A stretch of DNA of 64,000 bases from Candidatus Latescibacterota bacterium (lineage in GTDB: Bacteria > Latescibacterota > UBA2968 > UBA8231). Location of the stretch: assembly GCA_965204725.1 (NCBI GenBank), contig OZ242005.1:2656001-2720000 (forward strand), given 5' to 3'. Shown in pieces: positions 1 through 9,058 of this stretch; positions within the stretch are counted from its first letter, which is position 1, and the number at the start of each line of letters is the position of its first letter. The position numbers and the translations under genes were made by a program. A model generated the notes under the pieces. It saw only the letters and a program-made list of their open reading frames with translations. It did not search any database and had not been told where the DNA came from.

Positions 1-603
1 TTCCTCACACACTAACGAACTCAACACCCCCATGTGCGCCAACACACTGTGCTTAACCGCACGAGGCACCGCCAATTCCTCGGTCGTCTCCACACACCGA
101 CGCAACCACGAGGCCACCCCCAATCCTTCGGGACGCCCCATCAACGGCGTAAAGGGCAACACCCACACATTGCCCGACGACAAATACGTCTCGCCATCCA
201 ACGCGATCAAGCGAATCACCTTATAGCGCAGCACGACCTCATGGCCGACGATCTCTTGCACGTACTGCCCCGGATCGCGCCTACCCGCGTCGGGACGCAG
301 GTAGAGCACATACGACAACAAGGGCAAGCCATACTCGGCAAGGCAGCGTCCCATATAGCCGGCCATCCGCTGCGGCATAGGCATCTTGGTGCTGTCGGTG
401 GTTTGAAACTCGCAGTGAACCAATGCTTCTTCCCCGTCGAGCCGGACGCGGAGCAAGCTGTCCATCATCTGCGTCTTGACGGTGGGTTGCTCTGGGTTGA
501 GCGTCTCGATCCACTGTCCCTTCGAGTGCCCCAGCAGAAAGGCCAAAAACCCTTGCGGATGGGCGCTCAAAAGCGACTTGGGAACACTATCAAATTCAGC
601 CAT
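1..603 (-). CDS. Rpn/YhgA-like recombination-promoting nuclease / putative transposase (PD-(D/E)XK); runs off the window's left edge
   Basis: Not in the ORF track. My translation from the ATG at 603 is open to position 1: MAEFDSVPKSLL...MDSLLRVRLDGEEALVHCEFQTTDSTKMPMPQRMAGY...VLYLRPDAG...RYKVIRL...LPFTPLM. The D...H.EFQ...M..RM..Y pattern is typical of Rpn-like proteins. Confidence 0.75.
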   Translation of the reverse strand, partial: MAEFDSVPKSLLSAHPQGFLAFLLGHSKGQWIETLNPEQPTVKTQMMDSLLRVRLDGEEALVHCEFQTTDSTKMPMPQRMAGYMGRCLAEYGLPLLSYVLYLRPDAGRRDPGQYVQEIVGHEVVLRYKVIRLIALDGETYLSSGNVWVLPFTPLMGRPEGLGVASWLRRCVETTEELAVPRAVKHSVLAHMGVLSSLVCEE

Positions 604-708
604 CCGCGCCTTTCGTCTCAGGGGAAGAGGTGATGGAGAGAAATATATCCGATGGGCGTACTAAGACAAAGGCCATAGTCGCTCCTCGGATTGCCACGGT
701 GGCGACAA

Positions 709-824
709 ATCCAAGTTGTGGTCAAAGCCCAGATAGGTCATGCCAAAGCCGCCAAAGCCCAACACGCGCTCTTGCAGCCGATGCCTTGGGGCAAGGCGTT
801 GAGAGGTTGGGACGCCTCGCTCAT
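709..824 (-). pseudogene. Degenerate 5' stub of the Ser/Thr kinase gene (copy 3)
   Basis: Reads MSEASQPLNALPQG..RLQE/RVLGFGGFGMTYLGFDHNLD with indels; nucleotide match to the 5' end of 2381..4777. Confidence 0.85.
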
Positions 825-840
825 AGCCGTTCCGATCCGT

Positions 841-2016
841 TCACTTTCGCGCACCATGCCGGCGCAACACCACGGCGGCCTCAGATCGACCATAAGACTC
901 CGCCTCGTGCAGCGGCGTATTGCCCTCCTTGTTTTGGGCGTTGACCTCCGCGCCGTTTTCCAAAAGCACCGCCGTCAGCGCAGAAACATCCGCCATCGCC
1001 GCTATGTGCAGCGGCGTATTGCCCTCCTTGTCTCGAGCGTTGACATCTGCGCCGTTGGCTAGCAACACCGTCGCCACCGCAGAAGCACCCGCCGCCGCCG
1101 CCCCGTGCAGCGGCGTGTAACCCTCGTCGTCTTGGGCGTTGACATCTGCGCCGTTGGCCAGCAACACCGTTGCCACCGCAGGAGCATCCGCCACTGCCAT
1201 GTGTAGCGGCGTATTGTCCTCGTCGTCTTGGGCGTTGACATCTGCGCCGTTGGCCAAAAGCACCGTTGCCACCGCAGAAGCATCCTCCTCTGCCGCCACA
1301 TGCAGCGGCGTATTGTCCTCGATGTCTTGAGCGTTGACATCCGCGCCGTTGGCCAACAGCAACACCGCCATCGCAGAGGCATCTTCCACCGCCGCCGGGT
1401 ACAGCGGCGTCCAGCCCTCGTTGTCTTGGGCGTTGACATCTGCGCCGTTTTCCAAAAGCACCGCCGCCATCGCAGAAGCATCCTTCAACGCTGCCACGTG
1501 CAGCGGCGTCCAGCCCTCGTTGTTTTGAGCGTTGACATCTGCGCCGTTTTCCAAAAGCACCGCCGCCATCGCAGAAGTATCCTCAAACGCCACCACATGC
1601 AGCGGCGTATAGCCCTCGTTGTCTTGGGCGTTGACGTTCGCTCCGTTTTTCAGCAACACCGTCGCCACCGCAGAAGTATCCTCAAACGCCACCACGTGCA
1701 GCGGCGTCCAGCCCTCGTTGTTTTGAGCGTTGACATCTGCGTCGTTTTCCAAAAGCACCCCCGCTGTCGCCTCAGCATCCGCCATCGCTGCCCCATGCAG
1801 CGGCGTCCAGCCACGGTCGTTTTTGACGTTTATCTCCGCGCCCTGTGTGAGCAGGGATTGGGTCAGCACGGGCAGGTTCATGCCCGCTGCAATGTGCAGG
1901 TCGGTCTCACCCCTGTACACCCCTTTCGGGCGGGGCTTGCGCCCCACCTCGGCGGCAAATGCCTGTTCCTGACGCTGCTGCTCCAGTAGCGACGCATCCT
2001 TCTTAACGCTTTTCAT
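841..2016 (-). CDS. Ankyrin-repeat protein (11 repeats), paralog of the kinase's C-terminal module
   Basis: Repeated G.TPLH.AA...LL.NGADVNA units. The N-terminus (QRQEQAFAAEVGRKPRPKGVYRGETDL) matches the kinase stalk/ankyrin junction. Purine-rich GGAAGG upstream of the ATG. Confidence 0.95.
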   Translation of the reverse strand: MKSVKKDASLLEQQRQEQAFAAEVGRKPRPKGVYRGETDLHIAAGMNLPVLTQSLLTQGAEINVKNDRGWTPLHGAAMADAEATAGVLLENDADVNAQNNEGWTPLHVVAFEDTSAVATVLLKNGANVNAQDNEGYTPLHVVAFEDTSAMAAVLLENGADVNAQNNEGWTPLHVAALKDASAMAAVLLENGADVNAQDNEGWTPLYPAAVEDASAMAVLLLANGADVNAQDIEDNTPLHVAAEEDASAVATVLLANGADVNAQDDEDNTPLHMAVADAPAVATVLLANGADVNAQDDEGYTPLHGAAAAGASAVATVLLANGADVNARDKEGNTPLHIAAMADVSALTAVLLENGAEVNAQNKEGNTPLHEAESYGRSEAAVVLRRHGARK

Positions 2017-2127
2017 TGGTTTTCCTTCCGTGTGAGTGTGTGGTTGGTTGCAAAGAAGTGTTAGCCCCTCAGCAGGCCGACAACGCCGAACTGGATGCCG
2101 ATGAGCCAGCGGTCGCGGTCTTGGGCG

Positions 2128-2364
2128 TTAGGGGTTGGGGTGCTCGGCCTTGTCAAGCTGGCAGGCAAGGCGGGCCACCAGAGCGGTGCGGGTGGCAATG
2201 TCCGACGGCAAGTATTCCTTGATGGCGACAGGCTTATCCAAGTTGTGGTCAAAGCCCAGATAGGTCATGCCAAAGCCGCCAAAGCCCAACACGCGCACCA
2301 GTTCGTATTCTTGCAGCCGATAGCCTTGCGGCAAGGCGTGAAGAGGTTGGGGCACTTCGCTCAT
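2128..2364 (-). pseudogene. Truncated 5' stub of the Ser/Thr kinase gene (copy 2)
   Basis: MSEVPQPLHALPQGYRLQEYELVRVLGFGGFGMTYLGFDHNLDKPVAIKEYLPSDIATRT followed by unrelated sequence; about 60 codons nearly identical to the start of 2381..4777. Confidence 0.9.
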
Positions 2365-2380
2365 AGCATCTCCAATTGTT

Positions 2381-4777
2381 TCACCTACGCGCATCGTACT
2401 GGTACAACACCTCCGCTGTTTTAACAGCATCATACCGCTCCGCCCAGTACAGCGGCGTATAGCCATCGTTGTCTTTGGCGTTTACGTCCGCGCCGTTTTC
2501 CAGCAGCAGCACCGCCATCGCAGAAGCATCCTTCGCCATCACCGCCCAGTACGGCCACTCCTTGGGGGGGTAGTCGCTACTAACATACGCCGCCCAGTGC
2601 AGCGGCGTCCGGCCTTCGTTGTCTCTTGTGTTTGCGTCCGCGCCGTTATCCAGCAACACCTTCACCATCGCAGAAGCATCCGCCCTCGCCGCCCAGTGCA
2701 GTAGCGTCCGGCCTTCATTGTCTCTTGTGTTTGCGTCCGCGCCGTTATCCAGCAACACCTTCACCATCGCAGAAGCATCCGCCCTCGCCGCCACACGCAA
2801 CGGCGTATAGCCATCGTTGTCTTTGGCGTTGACCTCTGCGCCGTTTTCCAGCAGCACCGCCGCCGTCGCAGAAGCATTCTTCCACGCCGCCACACGCAGC
2901 GGCGTCTTGCCATCGTTGTCTTTGGCGTTGACCTCTGCGCCGTTTTCCAGCAGCACCGCCGCCGTCGCAGAAGCATCCTCCTCCGCTGCCACATGCAGCG
3001 GCGTCTCGCCAAAGTTGCCTTTGGCGTTTACGTTCGCTCCGTTTTCCAGCAGCACCTTCACCATCGCAGAAGCATCCCGCATCGCCGCCACATGTAGCGG
3101 CGTCCGGCCATCGTTGTTTTTGGCGTTTATCTTCGCGCCCTGTGTGAGCAGGGATCGAGTCAGCACGGGCAGGTTCAGGCTCACTGCGATGTAAAGGTCA
3201 GTATGGCCCCTGTACATCCCTCTCGGATGTGGCTTGCGCCCCACCTTGGCGACAAATGCCTTTTCCTGACGTTGCTTTTTTAGCTTTTTTACCGCCGCCT
3301 GTCGACGCTGCTTCTCTAATGCCGCCTGTTCCCGACGCTGCTTCTCTAATGCCGCCTGTTCCCGACGCTGCTTTTCTAACGCCGCCTGTTCCCGACGCTG
3401 CTTTTCTAACGCTGCCTGTTCCCGACGCTGCTTTTCTAACGCTGCCTGCTCCCGACGTTGTTTCTCCAACGCCGCCTGTTCCCGACGTTGCTTTTCTAAC
3501 GCCGCCTGTTCCCGACGTTGCTTTTCTAACGCCGCTTGCTCCTGACGCTGCTTTTCTAACGCCGCCTGTTCCCGACGCTGCTTTTCTAATGTCGCTTGTT
3601 CCCGACGCTGCTTTTCTAATGCTGCCTGTTCCCGACGCTGCTTTTCCAACGCCGCCTGTTCCCGACGCTGCTCGGCAGCATGATTAACATACATTACACC
3701 CCCAGCCAAGAGAGCAACCACACCCAAGACTACGGCAAGCCTCCTAAAAAAGGGCTTCTTCGGCCGCTCCAGTGGCGGCGTCTCCTGCTCCACCGCCTCC
3801 TGCTCTGCTGCCGCCGCATCACTCGCCAGTTCCTGCCCTGCCGCCTCCTGCTCCACCCGCTTCACACTTGGCACGTCATCCACCACCTCTGCCGCCGTCT
3901 CCACTTCCATCGCCTCCCGCCACGCCCCTACGTTCTGCGGACGAGCCCCCTCATCCACCGACAACGCCCAATCAACCGCCGACAAAAACGCCCCACTCGC
4001 CCGACCCGCACACCGATGCGCCACCGGAACGAGTGGATCATCCCGCATCCTATCGGTCGCATCCTCCGGCACATCCCCCGTCAACGCCCGATAACACACG
4101 CCCCCCAACGCATAAAGGTCCGTCCACGGCCCCTGACGCCCTCGACTCGAATACTGTTCAATCGGCGCATACCCCGGCGTCACGATAGACGTAACCGACC
4201 GGCTCTTCGCCCCAACGGCTTGACGCGCCGCCCCAAAGTCCAACAACACCGGCGAACCATCCGCATCCCGCAAGACGATGTTACCCGGCTTGATGTCCCG
4301 ATGCAGAAAATCAGCCCCATGTACCACCTCCAAACCATCCAACAGCGGATACAGAATCGCTTTGAGTTCGGCTTCGCTCAGCGGCCCCTTGTGCTCAAGA
4401 CGCGCCGACAAAGTCTCACCCTCGGCATATTCCATCACGATATACGCCGTACCATGCGCTTCAAAGAAACGATACACTTTGATGATGTGGCGATGGTCAA
4501 AGCGGGCTAAGGTGCGGGCTTCGTCCAAGAACCGCTCCAGCCCCCATTGAAAATCGCCGCGAAAATTGCTGGCTTGCGGGGCGACGCTGCGGTCGGCAGT
4601 GCGGATGGCAATGTCGGAGGGCAGGTATTCCTTGATGGCGACCGCTTTGTCCAAGTTGTGGTCAAAGCCCAGATAGGTCATGCCAAAGCCGCCAAAGCCC
4701 AACACGCGCACCAGCTCGTATTCTTGCAGCCGATGGCCTTGCGGCAAGGCGTGAAGAGGTTGGGGCACTCCGCTCAT
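2381..4777 (-). CDS. Hanks-type Ser/Thr kinase with TM helix, 12x10-aa charged helical repeat and 8 ankyrin repeats
   Basis: Kinase motifs GFGGFG, VAIKE, HRDIKPGN, DFG, GYAPIEQ; TM LAVVLGVVALLAGGVMYV; (EQAALEKQRR)x12; TPLH ankyrin repeats. Confidence 0.95.
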   Translation of the reverse strand: MSGVPQPLHALPQGHRLQEYELVRVLGFGGFGMTYLGFDHNLDKAVAIKEYLPSDIAIRTADRSVAPQASNFRGDFQWGLERFLDEARTLARFDHRHIIKVYRFFEAHGTAYIVMEYAEGETLSARLEHKGPLSEAELKAILYPLLDGLEVVHGADFLHRDIKPGNIVLRDADGSPVLLDFGAARQAVGAKSRSVTSIVTPGYAPIEQYSSRGRQGPWTDLYALGGVCYRALTGDVPEDATDRMRDDPLVPVAHRCAGRASGAFLSAVDWALSVDEGARPQNVGAWREAMEVETAAEVVDDVPSVKRVEQEAAGQELASDAAAAEQEAVEQETPPLERPKKPFFRRLAVVLGVVALLAGGVMYVNHAAEQRREQAALEKQRREQAALEKQRREQATLEKQRREQAALEKQRQEQAALEKQRREQAALEKQRREQAALEKQRREQAALEKQRREQAALEKQRREQAALEKQRREQAALEKQRREQAALEKQRRQAAVKKLKKQRQEKAFVAKVGRKPHPRGMYRGHTDLYIAVSLNLPVLTRSLLTQGAKINAKNNDGRTPLHVAAMRDASAMVKVLLENGANVNAKGNFGETPLHVAAEEDASATAAVLLENGAEVNAKDNDGKTPLRVAAWKNASATAAVLLENGAEVNAKDNDGYTPLRVAARADASAMVKVLLDNGADANTRDNEGRTLLHWAARADASAMVKVLLDNGADANTRDNEGRTPLHWAAYVSSDYPPKEWPYWAVMAKDASAMAVLLLENGADVNAKDNDGYTPLYWAERYDAVKTAEVLYQYDARR
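3302..3661 (-). repeat. 30-bp coding tandem repeat x12 (EQAALEKQRR)
   Basis: Unit approximately cccgacgctgcttttctaacgccgcctgtt repeated head to tail without spacers. Confidence 0.95.
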
Positions 4778-4793
4778 AGCATCTCCAATTGTT

Positions 4794-4896
4794 TCACCTA
4801 CTCACGCCATGCCGGCGCAACACCGCAACGGGCACAAACGCACTCATTGCCGCCGCGTCCGGTGTGAGCAAAGATCGAGTCAGCACGGGCAGGTTC
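4794..4896 (-). pseudogene. Collapsed ankyrin-module remnant (first repeat fused to last repeat)
   Basis: Reads NLPVLTRSLLT-PDAAAMSAFVPVA-VLRRHGVSR*. The junction ctcatagcatctccaattgtttcacctac is identical at 4773-4801 and 2360-2388. Confidence 0.75.
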
Positions 4897-4959
4897 CGTT
4901 CCTTTGGTTGGCCATTTTATTCGGCGGTCATCGCATCGATCAAGCGCGTGAAGTCGCCC

Positions 4960-6834
4960 TCAGTCGTCTTGCGGCGGGGATTCGACCTCGCGGGTGGGGA
5001 CGGTGGACATCTCCAGCTTAAAGGCCAGCAGATACATCATAAAACAGCCGATGATCCACCACGCAATCTGCCAGAGCCACAGCGAGGGAACTCCCCAGAG
5101 CCAACGGGCGGGATCGGTCTGATTGCCGAGGACGGCAAAGGGGCCGATGGCACAGAGAAACCAAACCACCGTCAGAATCCAGACCGGCGTTTTCCATTTC
5201 TTTTTGGCCTCGGGCAAGGCCGTGTGCGCTTTGAGGAAGTGGTGGTAGCGATCGCGGTGGGCGAGGTCGCTAGCGTACTTAGGCTGGGTGAAAAAGCTGA
5301 CGACAACGACGATGCTCAGATTAAAGAAAATTCCCCAACCGGCACTGTGGAGCGTGAGCGGATAGCGGCCAATGCCGATCAGCCCGCCCAACTCGGTTAT
5401 ATAAGTGAAGGTAACGGCGACGAGCCCGGCGATCAGTCCGGCGACGATGCCCTGGGGCGTGAAGAAGCGAATGTAGCAGATGCCCAGCAGCGCCGGCCAC
5501 ATCTGAAATCCATAGGAAACGGCTGCGCCCCCCAGCAAGACGAGCAGATCGCCGGACGCCAAGCCAACGAACAGGGCTAAGCTGACGACGACGGCCACGC
5601 TCAAGCGGCCGACGAAGACTTGGGCCGAATGCGATGCCTCTTTATTGAAGAAATGGCGGTAGAGATCGCGGGTGATAATGCCGCTGGCTGTGGACATATA
5701 GGCGGCGCCGGTCGATTGCATCGCGGCGACCGCACAGACGGCCAAAAGCCCCAAGAGGAAAGGAAAGCTATCGGCCAAGGTGTCGATCAGATAGGGAACC
5801 AAGTGGTCGGACGCTGGCAAGCCGAGGGGTTTCGTCCCGCGGACCAGTTCCATATCGAGGAGCCGGGCGCCCAGCCCCTGAAAGGCGGTAAAAAAGAACA
5901 TGATGCCGCCGATGACTAAGGAAGAGGCGACGACCTGTTGCCACGGGAAAGGCCGAGGATCGCGGTTGGCAAAGGCCCACATGGAGAACGCCGGTGACGA
6001 CTGAATGCCCATCAAGGCGAACATATAGGTCAGGATCATCAGGCCGGTCCAAGGCCCGCCTTGGGCGTCGAAAAACAGAGTGCCAACCCGCTCGAGGAAG
6101 GAGCTCGACTCTGGCCGAGTCGGAATGGCGACCATATCGGGTTTTTGCTCGGCGAGGGCGGCCAACCCCCCCTTGAAGGCCGTCCAGCCGCCGATCAAGT
6201 CGAGGGCGACAAACCCGAGGACGACGATGCCGAGCGCCAAGAGGATGCACTGGGCGCAGTCAACGTAGGCGACCGAGCGCAACCCACCGGAGGCCACGTA
6301 GATAAAGACGACCACCGAAAGCACAATCGCCCCCCCCTCGACCGAGCCGATGAAGCTGCCCTCCAGCGGCGTGCCGGTCGTCAAGCGGTTGAAAAGCAGG
6401 CCGGATGCCTTGAGCTGGAGGCCGAGATAGGGCACGCTGAATACGAACGCGACGAGGACGGTGAGGAAGCGCATCGCATCGGTGCGGTAGTAATCGCTGA
6501 ACATCTCGCCCGGGGTGATATAGCCAAAGCGGCGGCCCAAAAGCCACTGGCGCTTGAGGAACAACACCCCGGTGAAGGGGATGGTAATGGCGTAAAAAGA
6601 GGCAAAGGCGTAGGGCAGGCCCACGTTGTAGATGGTGCCGGGGTGGCCGACAAAAGTCCAGCCGCTAAAGGAGGTGGCGGTGGCGGCCAGCACAAAGACC
6701 CACAGGCCGATACCGCGGCCGGCAATAAAGTAATCCGCGGCCGTCTTGGCCCGGCGAGCGCCTTTGATCCCCCAGAAGACGCAGTACGACCAATAGCCGA
6801 CGGTAAAGACCAGTAGCCAGACCAGCTTTTCCAT
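4960..6834 (-). CDS. Sodium:solute symporter family transporter
   Basis: DYFIAGR, SGWTFVGHPG, YVASGGLRSVAYVD and AAMQST motifs; many TM helices. Confidence 0.9.
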   Translation of the reverse strand: MEKLVWLLVFTVGYWSYCVFWGIKGARRAKTAADYFIAGRGIGLWVFVLAATATSFSGWTFVGHPGTIYNVGLPYAFASFYAITIPFTGVLFLKRQWLLGRRFGYITPGEMFSDYYRTDAMRFLTVLVAFVFSVPYLGLQLKASGLLFNRLTTGTPLEGSFIGSVEGGAIVLSVVVFIYVASGGLRSVAYVDCAQCILLALGIVVLGFVALDLIGGWTAFKGGLAALAEQKPDMVAIPTRPESSSFLERVGTLFFDAQGGPWTGLMILTYMFALMGIQSSPAFSMWAFANRDPRPFPWQQVVASSLVIGGIMFFFTAFQGLGARLLDMELVRGTKPLGLPASDHLVPYLIDTLADSFPFLLGLLAVCAVAAMQSTGAAYMSTASGIITRDLYRHFFNKEASHSAQVFVGRLSVAVVVSLALFVGLASGDLLVLLGGAAVSYGFQMWPALLGICYIRFFTPQGIVAGLIAGLVAVTFTYITELGGLIGIGRYPLTLHSAGWGIFFNLSIVVVVSFFTQPKYASDLAHRDRYHHFLKAHTALPEAKKKWKTPVWILTVVWFLCAIGPFAVLGNQTDPARWLWGVPSLWLWQIAWWIIGCFMMYLLAFKLEMSTVPTREVESPPQDD

Positions 6835-6850
6835 GTGACCGCGCTTGGGG

Positions 6851-7759
6851 CTAGTCGGAAAGCCCCACGTCGAAGAGCATGTTGGTAATTTTCCACGAGC
6901 CGGAGCGGCGGCTCAGCGTCCAGAACACGTAGCGTTCTTTGGCGTGTTTGGCCGGGCCTTTGACGTGCTCGACGGCCACTTTTTCGTGCGTGACCGCCAA
7001 GGCTTCGTCGCCGGCCGGGCCAATCGCCGTGTGGAGCACTTTGCGGTCGAGGTCGTACTGCACGTAGGGCAGCCGCTTGTCGAGCCACTTTTCTAGCTCC
7101 TCGCTGCCGCTGAAGGCGATTTTGTAGGAGGCCGGCTTAAACGTGCCCAAGGCGTCGTAGCCCGTGAAGTTTGCGTCGAAGAAGCCGAGGATGCCGCTGC
7201 CGGCGGCCCACGCTTGGCTTTCGCGCTGCAACAACTCGGCGATTTCGCCGTTGGCCGGTGCGCCCGCTGCCGGCAAGAGCGTGTCGCCCAAACCCGCGAC
7301 CATGGCCGTGGCCAGCCAGTCGTCCTCTTCCTTGAGAAAGGTCCAAAAGCGGTGGACGGCAACCGGCGTGGCCTCGCTCGTCTGGCGATCGACGACGCGC
7401 CCGGAGTCCAAGCTGGTGGCAATGGCGTGGGTGGCGCGCACCGCGATAAAGGGAACCGAGCGCACCACCTCGTAGCGCTGAGTGCTGAGATCGGCCGCGA
7501 GTTGGCTGGCGAACGCATCGCGGTTTTCGTGCCGCACAGTCCAAGCGCGCGGGTCGGCGTTGGCGTGGCCCTGATAGGCTACGAAGTGCGGGTGGTATGC
7601 CTTGAGAGCCAGCTCGACATCGGCCCGGCGATACCCGGCGATGTCGTTGGCGAGGGCTTGGCGAATGAGGAGGGTCTCGGGCGTTTCGCCGGCGCGGCTG
7701 GGCGCGGCAAACGGCGGCAGGACCAAGAGGACGAACAACAGGCAGATTGCGTTTTGCAT
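6851..7759 (-). CDS. Exported protein with two NTF2/SnoaL-like domains
   Basis: Signal-peptide-like N-terminus (MQNAICLLFVLLVLPPFAA); two halves ending FWTFLKEEDDWLAT and FWTLSRRSGSWKIT. Confidence 0.6.
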   Translation of the reverse strand: MQNAICLLFVLLVLPPFAAPSRAGETPETLLIRQALANDIAGYRRADVELALKAYHPHFVAYQGHANADPRAWTVRHENRDAFASQLAADLSTQRYEVVRSVPFIAVRATHAIATSLDSGRVVDRQTSEATPVAVHRFWTFLKEEDDWLATAMVAGLGDTLLPAAGAPANGEIAELLQRESQAWAAGSGILGFFDANFTGYDALGTFKPASYKIAFSGSEELEKWLDKRLPYVQYDLDRKVLHTAIGPAGDEALAVTHEKVAVEHVKGPAKHAKERYVFWTLSRRSGSWKITNMLFDVGLSD

Positions 7760-7782
7760 GGCGGGAGAAAGGGGGGTTAGGG

Positions 7783-8997
7783 TCAACTCGACCCGAGCTG
7801 ACCTAAGGCCCACTCGGCGTAGTAGGAAACCGTGGAGTCGCTATCGCGGCGCAGTTTTTCGAGTTGGGCGCGGCTTTGGTCGCCGCCGATGTGGCCGAGG
7901 GCAATGGCGGCATTGGCCCGCACGTCGGCGACCTCGTCCATGGTGGCCGCCAGCAGGGCAGTGAAGGCGGATTGGACGCGCGCTTGGCCCAAGACTTGGG
8001 CTGCGCCCGCACGGGCGAGCGAATCCTCGGCGCGGAGGGCGGCTATGAGCTGGGATTCGACCGCGCCGGATTGCCGCTGGACATCGGTGAGAAACTTGAC
8101 AGCATTGGCGCGGAGGATGGCGTCGGTATTGCGCAGGGCCTCAAAGAGAAACTCAATGCCCTGACTGCGCCCCATGGTCGCCAAGGCGGCGGCCGTGCTA
8201 AAGCGCACTTGATTGCTGGGGTCGGCCAGCAGGTCGGCCAAGGCGGGCGAGGTGCTCTCGTCGCCGATGTAGCCGAGGGCTTGCGCGGCGCGCTGGCGGT
8301 GGGCCGGGGCTTCGTCCTCTAGCTGGGCGACGAGTTGGTCCTTGACCTTGGCGATCACCGAGCGCAGCGCGGCTTGATGCGGGCCGGGGCGATCTCTCAG
8401 TTCCACGAGCAGCGGGACGCCGAAGTAGCCAGACTCTTCTAGCCCTTGCAGGGCCGTTTGGGTTCGCTCGGAGTCGCTGCTGGCGAGGGCCGCTTCGATC
8501 TCGCTCGTGCCGCGATCGTCGTCCATCTTGAGCAAGGCAATGGCCGCGTGGATGCGGATGATGGGATCGGAATCCCCGAGCTGGGCTTTGGCCGCATCCA
8601 CGCCCGCTTGGACGTAGCCGGCTTGACCCATGGCCCACAGGCAGGCGATGCGCTCGCGGTCTGTGTACGCGGTTGTGATCCGATCCTTGAGGGCGGCCGT
8701 AGCCCCGCGCGGCTTAATGCGGCCCAGCACTCGGGCGCAACCGATGCGGAGTTTTTCTTGTTCGTCGCGGAACTCGCGGTAGTTCTCCCCGAGGTACAGA
8801 TCGGGGTTGAGGCGGGCGATGAGCTGGCGAGCGGCGGGCCGACCAATGGCGGCCAATTCGTCGATGGATTGCTGATAGGCCGGCGAATCCACTGGGTTCG
8901 CGGCCATCTGCTCTAGGAGCTCAACGACCTGCTCTTCGGTGGTGCTACAGGCCGTGAGGCCCACGAGCAGCAGACAGGGTAGGTGCTTGGCGATCAT
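7783..8997 (-). CDS. HEAT-repeat lipoprotein
   Basis: Lipobox LTAC; repeated L.D....VR..AA.ALG units. Confidence 0.85.
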   Translation of the reverse strand: MIAKHLPCLLLVGLTACSTTEEQVVELLEQMAANPVDSPAYQQSIDELAAIGRPAARQLIARLNPDLYLGENYREFRDEQEKLRIGCARVLGRIKPRGATAALKDRITTAYTDRERIACLWAMGQAGYVQAGVDAAKAQLGDSDPIIRIHAAIALLKMDDDRGTSEIEAALASSDSERTQTALQGLEESGYFGVPLLVELRDRPGPHQAALRSVIAKVKDQLVAQLEDEAPAHRQRAAQALGYIGDESTSPALADLLADPSNQVRFSTAAALATMGRSQGIEFLFEALRNTDAILRANAVKFLTDVQRQSGAVESQLIAALRAEDSLARAGAAQVLGQARVQSAFTALLAATMDEVADVRANAAIALGHIGGDQSRAQLEKLRRDSDSTVSYYAEWALGQLGSS

Positions 8998-9058
8998 GGT
9001 CTATGGCGGGGTTAGAGGTGGGCAAGTGCGGATAAGGTACGCGGTGAGAGGCCATAAA

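Noticed and set aside
34-633. 199-aa plus-strand ORF
   Set aside because: Antisense shadow of the Rpn-like gene on the minus strand, which has recognisable motifs.
3302-3661. 30-bp repeats as a CRISPR array
   Set aside because: Head-to-tail with no spacers, in frame within a CDS, and no cas genes nearby.
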